A DNA stretch of 64,000 bases from an uncultured Nitrososphaeraceae archaeon (GTDB taxonomy: Archaea; Thermoproteota; Nitrososphaeria; Nitrososphaerales; Nitrososphaeraceae). Location of the stretch: assembly GCA_963837175.1 (NCBI GenBank), contig CAWIMJ010000050.1, positions 288,001 through 352,000 of the forward strand. Reading direction: 5' to 3'. Position 1 is the first letter of the stretch. Each line of letters starts with the position of its first letter. Of the stretch, positions 45,176 through 55,283 are shown piece by piece. Position numbers and translations under genes: made by a program. Below the pieces are notes generated by a model, which saw nothing but the letters and a program-made list of their open reading frames with translations, was not told the origin of the DNA and searched no databases.

Positions 45176-45948
45176 CTTTTTATCTGATCTTTTTGAAGCT
45201 GATCAAGCATATCGTAGATATAATTTAATGCAACCCATTAATAAATATATCAATGATTAGGAAATAAAAATGTATTTTCTTTATAGTAAATCATTATATA
45301 TGTAGCTAAAAGATCTGCCATTTGTAACCAGTAAAGTAGAATGGTTTTATGTTTTTATATTTTTGAAATAGAACTTTTTTTTATTCCATCTCTTGGAGAT
45401 GTATTAGTTGTGAAGCTTTATCAAAGAAAGCTTAGCATATGTCAAGAAATTCACTATTATTATTGCTAATTGATCACCAAGTATAGTTCGGAAATAATCT
45501 CTTCAACAGCATTTATAGTCATAGGCAGTAACAACTGGATTGCTCTTTGTCGCAATAATGATACATTGCTCTTTTTTTATATGGCTATCGATTTTAGATC
45601 CACGGCTTCCACTTCCGTTATCTTTGGTTATAGAAGAGCACTGCTATAATTACTAACTCATGTAGAAAGGTGGGTGGTGGAAAATAGTTTGCTGTGACAA
45701 CGAATTTTCCTACAATATTGATAATTATTTATCCACGGCTTGATTTTATTGATGATACTAAGTCACATATCCGGATGGATGATAAAGACTTCTGCAAATA
45801 GGTTAGCAATTCATGTTTTCTTATTCAGAGCCTGCTCTTGATGATATGAAAAGTTGTCTTTTATAGTGATAATTGTTTATTATATTCTAAAGTCAATAGA
45901 TAATAAAATACTTTTAATTAGTGCAATTATTATATTATTATATCGTAA

Positions 45949-46515
45949 ATGGAATTAAACGCCATTCTATTCATATTGTGTCTTCCCATATTATTTTCTT
46001 TATTTTCTAGCGCACATAGTCTTCATTTGGTATATGCAACCTCAGTAGGAGGAGGAGAAGGGCAAAAGCAAGAAAAGGCATCTAGTAAGCTTGATCCTTT
46101 TGATATTGCAGCTAATACTTATGGCTATTTTATAAAACAGTTAAAAAATTTTGAATTCACAGTTAACCTTGATGCCAATCAAATTTTTCCAAACGATGAA
46201 ATAAAGCAAGATATCGTTAGCAAATACAAATCAGCTGAATACAATATTGCCAACTTAAAATATGATCTATTAGGATTTAATATCAGTGCATCAGATATCA
46301 AAATACATGTCGATCCCACAAAAATTGACATAACAAAGACAAGAGTCTATATCCCTGTGATGCTAGCAAACAATGTCAAAGTAAGCAATGGAGTAGTTAA
46401 TTTGGATTTTAACAAAATTGACCTTGGATCAATTTATGCTATTTACGATAGAAATCTAGATAAAATGACAGTTCATATTCCTATGGTTATTGCATACAGG
46501 TATATTCAGCAATGA
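45949..46515 (+). CDS. Hypothetical secreted/membrane-anchored protein
   Basis: Signal-like N-terminus, beta-rich body. Confidence 0.7.
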   Translation: MELNAILFILCLPILFSLFSSAHSLHLVYATSVGGGEGQKQEKASSKLDPFDIAANTYGYFIKQLKNFEFTVNLDANQIFPNDEIKQDIVSKYKSAEYNIANLKYDLLGFNISASDIKIHVDPTKIDITKTRVYIPVMLANNVKVSNGVVNLDFNKIDLGSIYAIYDRNLDKMTVHIPMVIAYRYIQQ

Positions 46516-46653
46516 TGAGATATTCACTGCTACTTGTAAATCATTTTAAACATGAAAGATTTGGTAATATCTTCTTAGAAATCAATAACTAAACAAACTG
46601 TTAATTATAAGTGGTTAAAATATGATTCGCTATAGTAGCAGTAAATCATAAAA

Positions 46654-47160
46654 TTATCTATTTACATTATTAAATTCTGGTGCTATCTTTTCTGCAATTA
46701 TATTTAGCAATTTTTCTCTATATGGGCTTGAATTTGTCCAAACAATTTCAGTAAATCCCCAATCAGCATATTTCTTCAATTTCTTTATTCCTTCTTCTCC
46801 ATTTGAAAAAACAAGCAACTTTCTTCCAATGTATCGTCTCCAATAACCTTACCACTCTTCAATTATTCTTGGATCATGTATTTCTACTTCAATGAAAGCT
46901 TTTATTATGGCCCCTCTCCAAAACCTAATTGATTGCAATGCCTTTTCCTTATTCTCATCATATGAAGTAGGAATGAAGAGTATCTTTTCTAGAGAATCAT
47001 AATCTTTTCCCGATTTTTTTGTACCTTCTTTAACTACAGGTAATAATTTATTTTTTATAGATTCGATATTAAGTTCATTAGTAACAAGTCCGTGGCCTTC
47101 TTCTCCTGCTAGTCTAGCTGATAGGGGTCGGGGTCCAGCAATAAATAATGGAATTGGCCA
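46654..47160 (-). pseudogene. C-terminal half of an F420-dependent LLM-class oxidoreductase (G6PDH-F420-like)
   Basis: Not in ORF track. PIPLFIAGPRPLSARLAGEEGHGLVT...KALQSIRFWRG...HDPRIIEE, then after frameshifts IKKLKKYADWGFTEIV..NSSPYREKLL. No N-terminus. Confidence 0.8.
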
Positions 47161-47256
47161 TATATTATAAAGATAGAAGGAAAACTAGAACAAAACAGTT
47201 TTACCAAAAGCCCGGCATTATCATGATTTATCGCTTCATAAAGTCTGTACAAACTA

Positions 47257-48213
47257 TTAATTTTTCAAAAGGCGACTACGCAAAAAGCAATTGAATCCCT
47301 TTTCATTAACATTTGCAGCCACAAAAATATTATTATGAGATGCATTGTGTTCAATAAACTTTGACTGTCCACGCATTGAACCATTCAACATCACTTCAAT
47401 ATGGCCTTTTTTTAATTTAAATAAAGATGGTTGTTCTAACAATGCAACAGCAAAAACATCATGCAAATTACAAATATCTCGTGTAGAAATTGCAAAATCT
47501 AGTAGGGAAGACATTATTCTTATCAGGGACCTTTTACCTTTAATATTTTTTATCTCTCTGAGGAATTCTGGTCCTACTGCACATACAGGATTCGTAGTGA
47601 CATCTAAGCCAACGAACTTTCTATTTACATTCACATTTTGATTAATTACTATTTTTGCTGCTTCAGGATCACAATAGAAGTTAAATTCTGTAGAATGGTT
47701 GAAACTACCAAAAATTTTATTAGCTAATCCAAATGCGCCGCCCATGACAGAAATTTCTCTTAAATTATTTATTATAGAAGAAGACTTCTTATCTATGAAC
47801 AGCTTTGCAATATTAGTTAGAGGTCCTGTTGCGACAATTGAAACTTCACGTCTCCTATAATTCTTTAAAGTAGATACGATGAAATCAGATAATTGTATCT
47901 TTGAAAGTATTTTTTTATTTTTAGGTACTTCTAATTGTAATCTCCCAAGACCTCCTTTCCCATGGAAACGTTCCTGACGGACTGTTCTTCTTTTGATAAG
48001 AGGTTTTGTTGCTCCCTGCAAAACAGGTATGTCTGTCCTGCCTAATGCATGTAATAGTTTAAGTGTGTTAAGTGCGCCAGCTCTTGAACCGATATTTCCA
48101 TTTACAGTAGTAATCGCTAGAACTTCAATATCTACAGATTGTAATGCTATAATAATCGCTATCGCATCATCGATTCCAGGGTCAACGTCTAAGATGACTT
48201 TATAACTTCTCAT
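47257..48213 (-). CDS. Inosine/uridine-preferring nucleoside hydrolase
   Basis: DVDPGIDDA, GPLTN, MGG, EFNFYCDPEAA, GLDVT, LHD. Confidence 0.92.
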   Translation of the reverse strand: MRSYKVILDVDPGIDDAIAIIIALQSVDIEVLAITTVNGNIGSRAGALNTLKLLHALGRTDIPVLQGATKPLIKRRTVRQERFHGKGGLGRLQLEVPKNKKILSKIQLSDFIVSTLKNYRRREVSIVATGPLTNIAKLFIDKKSSSIINNLREISVMGGAFGLANKIFGSFNHSTEFNFYCDPEAAKIVINQNVNVNRKFVGLDVTTNPVCAVGPEFLREIKNIKGKRSLIRIMSSLLDFAISTRDICNLHDVFAVALLEQPSLFKLKKGHIEVMLNGSMRGQSKFIEHNASHNNIFVAANVNEKGFNCFLRSRLLKN

Positions 48214-48371
48214 TATTGCTAGATGTTAGAAAGAGTATAATCCGTAAGTATTTTTACATTACTTTGGCATATTAGGTTAGTCCACAGAAGACGAATCAAC
48301 ATTGATATTATAATAGAGAGATTTATAAAACAGTTCTAGATTTAATTATCAAAGATACAAATGCTATTACA

Positions 48372-49257
48372 TTGAAGTTCAGATTTGCAAAAAAGTCAGA
48401 CAAGGAAGAAATTTTAAAATTCTGCATTGATACGTTTGAATGGGGAGATTACATCAACCAAGTATGGGACATGTGGTTTTATGAATCAAACGGAGCTTTA
48501 TTCGTAGCAGAGGATGAAACAAGAAACAACAAAGGATCCACAATAGCGTTTTCACATGTGTCATTATGTCCTCACAGAAGAAAGATCTGGCTTGAAGGAA
48601 TTAGAGTAAATCCAGATAACAGACGAAGATCTATAGCAACAGAATTAATAAGAAAAATGTTGTCCTATGGAAAACGAAAAGGAGCAAGAGAGGCGTCTGC
48701 AATAGTAGCCGTGAATAATCTTCCATCACAATTAATGATGAAGAAAAGCGGTTTTAATGTTATATCAAAATGGATCTATTCTAGTTTTGATAATTTCCCC
48801 CAAAAATTTGGGAACTTTAATGCTAGAATTGCTACCTTTAATGACATAAAAAAAATACAAAATTATTTAAAACAATCAGCAACGTACAGAATCATCGGGA
48901 AAGCGCTATGTTAATTCATGGCGATGGTATTCATTTGATTCTAAGAATTTATCAGATATTATTAAACACCGAAAATTGATTATAGCAGAAAATGATATTA
49001 TCGAAGGAATGACAATTATCGATGGAGATGGATATTGGAATAAGAACAATGTCTTTCAAATAGTTTATCTTGACTCTATTAATGTTTCTTCATTATATGA
49101 TCTGATAGGCTTTGCTATGATGTTATTACAATCAGCTCATGATCGGTATAAGAGGATACAGATATTCGCTCCTCAAACAAGCCAGATATCATCGGTTATA
49201 AGAGAATTAAATATAATTAACCCAGATGAATTTTTGTTATATGGAAAGTCAATTTAA
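48372..49257 (+). pseudogene. GNAT acetyltransferase with one frameshift near 48888
   Basis: WGDYI, WLEGIRVNPDNRRRSIA, N.PS; the shifted frame reads SGKRYVNSWRWY and joins ORF 48976..49257. Confidence 0.8.
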
Positions 49258-49572
49258 TACCTTTATAATGACGTTTAGCTCGCACCGGGTATGGATGGAA
49301 GAAAGATAAGAATAGAATTCATGTACTGGTAACAAACGCCCGCTATTGTTATTTGGTCCTTCATCACTTTTCTATCCAAACAAGTCGCTCTCTTGATTCT
49401 CATTCTGAAGCATCTGGATCAGTTGGTATGTCTAATTTGCTTTTAGAATGATAATATATCCAGAATATGTAATGCTAATAAATCTAATATAAATAATAGA
49501 ATAAGATGCTGAAAGTAATATAAAATTTTTCTAAACCTTTAAATCATATGTTCAAATTGGTTTGTATAGAGT

Positions 49573-50649
49573 ATGTCAGATATTATATCATGGGACAAAG
49601 CTATTGACAAAAAAGTAAAGTCAAGTGATAACCAAGATATAGGTAAAGTTCAAAGTATTACAAAGGATTATATTCAAACAAAAGAAGGAACGGTAGCCAA
49701 AAAATATTATTTTATTCCTAAGTATTATTTTCAAGGATATGACGGTGATAATTTATGGGTTTCATTAACCAAAGATCAAATAAAGGCTAAATTTGAGAGA
49801 GAAAAAGAACCTGAGCCTGGTGAGTTACAAACACCCGAGTATGCAGAAAGAAGAACAGCAATTACTAAACAGTATCCTGATTTTGATAGTAATATTCCCC
49901 AATATGCTTCTCCATCTACTTTATCGCCTACGACTTCCTCTACTACTACTGCTGCAGATGACAGTGTTGGTATGCCGTGGGATAAAATTATCGATAAAAA
50001 AGTTAAATCAAGTGACAACCAAGATTTGGGAAAGGTGCAAAGCGTTGCTGCTAATTACATCGAAGCACAAGAAGGCCATCTAAGCAAGAAACGCTACTAT
50101 ATACCTAAACATTATATCCAAGGATTCGACGGCGAGCATTTGCACGCGGCATTAACTAAGGACGAAATAAAAAGTCGTTATGAAAGAGATGCTCCTCCAT
50201 CCGAATCAGAATTTCAGAATCAAGAGAAAACTGAACAAAATCTTCGACAGGGGTCTGCTTCTCCGAAGTCTGTTGAGGGAATACCGTTGATGGCTAAGGA
50301 GCCAGGGCTTGAGCTTCGCGGAGAATATTCAGGTAAATCAGTCAATATTCCATGGGAGGAGGTTATCCATAAACATGTACTCACAAGCGATAACGTTGAC
50401 ATAGGAGAAGTAGATAGAGTAGGAAATGAGTATATAGTAGTTAGAGAAGGTGTGGTAAAGACTCATATCTATTATATTCCAAAAGTTTACATCACCAATT
50501 ATGATGGTAGTACACTTTGGATAAACGCTCCTAGTGGATTAGTAAGTGCTAAATTTGAACGAGAAACAGAGCCAACACCAGAAGACATTAAAAGGCTTGT
50601 AGATGAGGCAAAATCTAAGAGCGGCGCCACAGAGAAGTTTGAAAGCTAA
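49573..50649 (+). CDS. Protein of three PRC-barrel-like repeats
   Basis: W(DK/EE)xIxKxVxxSDNxDxGxV...YYIPKxYxxGxDG occurs three times. Confidence 0.8.
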   Translation: MSDIISWDKAIDKKVKSSDNQDIGKVQSITKDYIQTKEGTVAKKYYFIPKYYFQGYDGDNLWVSLTKDQIKAKFEREKEPEPGELQTPEYAERRTAITKQYPDFDSNIPQYASPSTLSPTTSSTTTAADDSVGMPWDKIIDKKVKSSDNQDLGKVQSVAANYIEAQEGHLSKKRYYIPKHYIQGFDGEHLHAALTKDEIKSRYERDAPPSESEFQNQEKTEQNLRQGSASPKSVEGIPLMAKEPGLELRGEYSGKSVNIPWEEVIHKHVLTSDNVDIGEVDRVGNEYIVVREGVVKTHIYYIPKVYITNYDGSTLWINAPSGLVSAKFERETEPTPEDIKRLVDEAKSKSGATEKFES

Positions 50650-51073
50650 AATGACACTTGATAACTCAAAATACAGACACTTATGATGGGGTTATGTGAA
50701 CCATAAGAAGGGATGGTCGTAGGGGTGGAACTTACGCATCTCGATAGCTGGTACAACAAGTACCTGAAACGATACTAATTTATGAATGAACTGATGTGGA
50801 AGAGGTAGACTGACAATTGGAATACTATCTTTTTGTCATTAATATTAGAACTACTTCTAAAGTTGGTTATATCCTTGACAATACTCTAAATTAAAACACA
50901 CAAATTTGTTATATTTGTCAATTTCAGAATATAGTTTTTTAGTTATATTAGGATGATAGTTTTGTTATTTACCTATTGGAATACAAATTCTCTTGTTATT
51001 TTTCATAATTGACCGTTTCTAGAATGGTTATATTATGCATAATTGTATGATTTCTCACCACAGCAGCATTATC

Positions 51074-51250
51074 TTATTGGGTAAGATCAATAATGCTGTT
51101 TCTGATAATCAATTTTGCCTCTGGCGAAATATTATACCGCTCAAGTACTTTTGTCGGTTCCTTTACAAGTACGTTCCTAAATTCTGGTTCACTAGCAGCT
51201 TTTAGCAGAATTTCGCTAATGACCTCAGCGTCCTTCTGTCGATTATGCAA
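51074..51250 (-). CDS. 58-aa NHLP-leader-like (nitrile-hydratase-type) RiPP precursor candidate
   Basis: Below the ORF-track cutoff. TTG 51250 to TAA 51074: MHNRQKDAEVISEILLKAASEPEFRNVLVKEPTKVLERYNISPEAKLIIRNSIIDLTQ. TTATATAG box about 25-32 nt upstream. Confidence 0.75.
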   Translation of the reverse strand: MHNRQKDAEVISEILLKAASEPEFRNVLVKEPTKVLERYNISPEAKLIIRNSIIDLTQ

Positions 51251-51334
51251 TTAACAAAACGTTTACAAAATCTGCTATATAATCCTAATGCATAATTCGG
51301 AAACTTGATATGAACTAATTTATGGGTTTCATCT
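51251..51334. promoter_or_regulatory. 84-bp divergent promoter region shared by the peptide gene and ycaO
   Basis: Minus-strand TTATATAG (51275-51282) and plus-strand CGGAAA-CTTGATAT (51298-51311), each about 25-30 nt from its start codon. Confidence 0.5.
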
Positions 51335-52660
51335 ATGATTATAGGAGAGTTACGTCTTCAACCGAGGCAGAAATGGACCATTAACGGTACATCGAGAATA
51401 AGCCCTCCTCAAGAAATCCTGAAGAGAATTACTTCTATATCACGAAAGATAGGAGTCACCAGACTTGCTGATATCACTAACATGGATATACTTGGCATTC
51501 CAAATTATTCAGCGGTTCTACCAGGGACTGAAGATTATATATGGGTTTATAGTGGCAAAGGCTCCACTAAGGCTCATGCTAGAGCCAGTGCTCTGATGGA
51601 ATCTATAGAGCGATATTCCTCGCTTCCAAGCGGTGGCCCAAAAAATTTTATCCAAGGCAGCTATGATCAACTATCAAAGTCATTTACAGTTCTTCATCCA
51701 GACAAACTTTTAGAACCAGTTAGATTTCAATATACTAATGACATGCCAATGGATTTTCTTCCTGGTTTTGATCTATTTACAAATGAACAGATATTGGTAC
51801 CGGCATCAATAGCATTATTTCGTTATTCTCCCGTCCCTCCTTTTGTTAATCCCTTTGCATTTCATCATACAAATGGACTTGCATCTGGTAACGTACTAGA
51901 GGAAGCTATTTGTCATTCATTATGTGAGGTGATAGAGCGCGATGCAACCAGTTTGGCTGAACTACGTGCCAGTGCTATCCCTTTTCATTTTTTACGACAC
52001 ATCACAAATACGCTGAAGGCAAAAGGGTATGCGCTAAACTCTATTCCTACAGATAAATATGTGGACGATCCTAATATATTTCCTGATGTAAATATTTCAC
52101 AGATTGAATTTCAACCAGTTAAAGCTTTAGCAAAAAAATTTCTACAATCCAAAATTCCCTTGATTATTAAGGACATTACATCGGACATTGGAATTCCGAC
52201 ATTTAACGCTAGCAGTATCGAATGGATAAGCCATGATTATGGTTATCTTGCCGAAGGGCATGGAACACATCCTGATGCACGTATTGCATTATTGCGTGCT
52301 ATAACAGAGGTATCACAAACTAGAGCCGCTAACATTCAAGGTGCAAGAGATGATCTCCGAAAAATCAAATACGGACAAAACAATACAAATGATAAACGTG
52401 CATGGCAATTTATGCAGTCAGATAAAAACGTAAAATTTTCTGAGATTGCTACGTATTTTAACCAAGATATTCTTGATGATATCAAGTTGATTCTAGAACA
52501 TCTAAAACAGATTGGATTAAAGAGAGCCATCATCGTAAATTTAACTAACGATAGCATTGGAATCCCTGTTGTAAGGGCAGTAGTACCTGGCCTTGAGACT
52601 TTCAAAATCACAAAATCTATCATGGGTTGGCGAGCAAGAAGGTATTTTAAAAATGAATAA
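51335..52660 (+). CDS. ycaO: YcaO-family enzyme, TfuA-associated (thioamide-forming) type
   Basis: GVTRLADIT.MD.LGIP, SGKG....A.ASALMESIER, TNGLASGN..EEA..H.L.EVIERD, RAITEVSQTR, VVRAVVPGLE; no C-terminal PxP. Confidence 0.93.
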   Translation: MIIGELRLQPRQKWTINGTSRISPPQEILKRITSISRKIGVTRLADITNMDILGIPNYSAVLPGTEDYIWVYSGKGSTKAHARASALMESIERYSSLPSGGPKNFIQGSYDQLSKSFTVLHPDKLLEPVRFQYTNDMPMDFLPGFDLFTNEQILVPASIALFRYSPVPPFVNPFAFHHTNGLASGNVLEEAICHSLCEVIERDATSLAELRASAIPFHFLRHITNTLKAKGYALNSIPTDKYVDDPNIFPDVNISQIEFQPVKALAKKFLQSKIPLIIKDITSDIGIPTFNASSIEWISHDYGYLAEGHGTHPDARIALLRAITEVSQTRAANIQGARDDLRKIKYGQNNTNDKRAWQFMQSDKNVKFSEIATYFNQDILDDIKLILEHLKQIGLKRAIIVNLTNDSIGIPVVRAVVPGLETFKITKSIMGWRARRYFKNE

Positions 52661-53318
52661 GCCTATAATATTTCTAGGTCCTAGCCTGAACCACGAGAGA
52701 GCAAGACAAATCTTTCAAGCTGATTTTAGAGGACCCGCAAAAAAGGGCGATCTCTTAAGAATTTCAAGTGTTGTAGATGATACAACGATAGTCTGCCTAG
52801 TAGACGCATTATTTCTCCAAGATTATCCTCCTTCTCCAATAGAAGTCTATCAACTGATGCTAAATAAAAATATAAAACTATTTGGAGCAGCAAGTCTTGG
52901 TGCATTGCGTGCAGTTGAGCTCGAAAAATTTGGAATGATTGGGATCGGAAAAATTTTTGAACTTTATAAGAAAGGCAAACTAACTGCTGATGACGAAGTA
53001 GCAGTTACCTTCACAGAGGGTGAGCACCAACTCCAGTCTGAGGCAATGATAGATATTCGATTTAATTTATTTTTGGCATATAGAAATGGAATAATTAATG
53101 AAATTACAAAAAAAACAGTAGCTAAAGTAGCCAAAAGTATCTATTTTCCATACAGGAATTATATCGATATCCTTGACCAAACAGAAAAGCACTATCCTGC
53201 GATAGCCGACGATCTGAAACTATTTCGAACTTATATTATCAAAAATAGGCAAAGTCTGAAGGAGCGCGATACAATAAAACTAATTAATTATGTAAAGAAG
53301 CTTTTCATTGAATCTTAA
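52653..53318 (+). CDS. tfuA: TfuA-like protein
   Basis: IIFLGPSL, PAKKGD, GAASLGALRAVEL..FGM.G.GKIF, DDEVAV, SEAMIDIR, YFPYR, LKERD; ATG 52653 overlaps the ycaO end by 8 nt. Confidence 0.93.
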   Translation: MNKPIIFLGPSLNHERARQIFQADFRGPAKKGDLLRISSVVDDTTIVCLVDALFLQDYPPSPIEVYQLMLNKNIKLFGAASLGALRAVELEKFGMIGIGKIFELYKKGKLTADDEVAVTFTEGEHQLQSEAMIDIRFNLFLAYRNGIINEITKKTVAKVAKSIYFPYRNYIDILDQTEKHYPAIADDLKLFRTYIIKNRQSLKERDTIKLINYVKKLFIES

Positions 53319-54046
53319 ATTATAACGTATTTGACTAATAATAGTCTAATTCATGAAAATTAGTGCTTCCATTTGCCTTTAATAATGGTGCAAAGTTCTG
53401 ATTTGGCTTGTAACAGGGAGTTGAATGCATGACATACTTTCTTTAGAATGATTATTCTCAAATCGAGAAATTAAAACATATTAAATGACTTGTAAATTTA
53501 GAGTGCAATATTCTATGTCTGCCTACTGTAAACTAGAAAGCGAAAAAATAATGTATGAACGTGAACAATTATCATTTATTTGAAGACTTTTAAAATATCA
53601 TTTCTCTAATATTATGATCTTTAAATTCTGAGTCTATACAAGGGACAAATTACAAGGAACCAGTAGTCAGACGATTAGAGTGATTAGGCAATTCATAGCT
53701 AGGAAGACAACAAATTATATATATTCTAGATATGGATTTTGCTCTTGTTTTCTCTACTAATGGATTTCAATATGCTACTGTAATGGATGTTATAAAAAAA
53801 ATCTACTATAAAAAATATTTTTTAACATGCCAATTTTTTATTATTTTACATGATTCAGATTCTCCTTGCGCTAGATATACTGGTTTCCTCAATAATACAT
53901 ATCAGCAAGTCATCTTCGGATTTTTGTCAATCAGCTTTAAATCATTAAATTGGTCCTGACTCTGTTGGTCTTTAGAAAAACTCTCGTTATTTTTTATATT
54001 TATATTAATAGAATGTATCTATTAACAATGATATCGATCCTTATAA

Positions 54047-54229
54047 TCATCTGATCTTCTCCAATATCACCCTTGACATATTAGTATTGTAACCCACTAC
54101 GCTCTTTATGGTAAAGCCCTCTTGTAATATCTTATCGATTTTAACCCATGGTTCATCTTGTTTGAAGCCTGGAATTATTACAACCTTTATTAATTCTCCA
54201 TCATATTGAATTGACTTGTCATTAGACAT
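54047..54229 (-). CDS. Small hypothetical protein (60 aa)
   Basis: ATG ORF with TTAAATA box upstream. Confidence 0.55.
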   Translation of the reverse strand: MSNDKSIQYDGELIKVVIIPGFKQDEPWVKIDKILQEGFTIKSVVGYNTNMSRVILEKIR

Positions 54230-54587
54230 TATAATTAATAAGAACAAAGAATATTTAATGAATATTATTATACTTTATTAGATGTACGAAGATCCTGCCA
54301 TAACTATTATTATTTTTTCGAAAACTGATAATTATGATAAATCTTATTGTAACATCCTAGTTATAAAATATTTTATACTATCATCAACAATTATATAAAT
54401 TATTATAGGCACGTAGGAAGAAAAAGATCGAAAAAGATCCTAATTATTATGAATCCCATTGATTAACTATTGATGTCCCAATGATATACTTCTTGTTGAG
54501 CTAATTACAATATAATTATATAACCTTATTTTCTAAATCACATAATTTTAAATCTTAGAGAATATATATCACAAAAGAGAATCTAAC

Positions 54588-54887
54588 TTGAGTAATAACA
54601 AGCAATTTCTCTTGCAACAGCTAATGTGGATTGCTATATATTTTGCTATCAGTCTTGCTATTTCAATTATAATTCCGTTTCCATTCTCCCTAGTCGCTAT
54701 AATAGGTGTTGTCTTGTTGCTAAGTTTTTACGTAAGAAAAAGGATGATGAAAAGAATGGGAGTCGGAATGGGAAACTTCTCTATGTTTGGTTCAAGTTCA
54801 GTAAATTATTATTGTATGAGCTGCGGAACAAAACATAATGAAGCAGCCTGCCCTAAATGCGGATCCAAAATGAAAAGAGTTGGATGA
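54588..54887 (+). CDS. Small two-TM protein with C-terminal zinc ribbon
   Basis: CMSCG...CPKCGS. Confidence 0.8.
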   Translation: MSNNKQFLLQQLMWIAIYFAISLAISIIIPFPFSLVAIIGVVLLLSFYVRKRMMKRMGVGMGNFSMFGSSSVNYYCMSCGTKHNEAACPKCGSKMKRVG

Positions 54888-55283
54888 CTAAAACTAACAT
54901 TTCAATTCTTTCTCTAGAATGATTTTAGTCTATGTTCGAATTCTGTTAATCTGCAATTTTTCTAATTAGCTCGCTACCTATAAATTATAAAAAATGATTA
55001 TGATATTCTGCTATAGTTGAGATTTCACGAACTAATTTTAGTTATAGTGCCCAAGTATGCTAGTATTTCAGAAAAGCCGCTCATGATTTGCTAAGCTAAA
55101 TAACTAGAGTTTCCTTGCGGTCGCGCCCTGACAGAATTAGCAATTTAACTTCTATAAAGTTATCTTGCAACAGATCATACTTTTTTTGGTGGTTGAACGA
55201 TAAAAAATTACAATGACTAATATATCTTAGAAATAGTAACAAAACATTACTTTAATATACAAATTTAGAACTAGGATCGTTCG

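Noticed and set aside
50680-50815. Possible C/D-box sRNA or separate core peptide downstream of the precursor
   Set aside because: Box C matches are imperfect, spacing is atypical, and the short ORFs (21 aa or less) have no promoter or core-like composition.
52593-52652. ORF-track N-terminal extension of TfuA
   Set aside because: It overlaps ycaO; the family motif starts just after ATG 52653.
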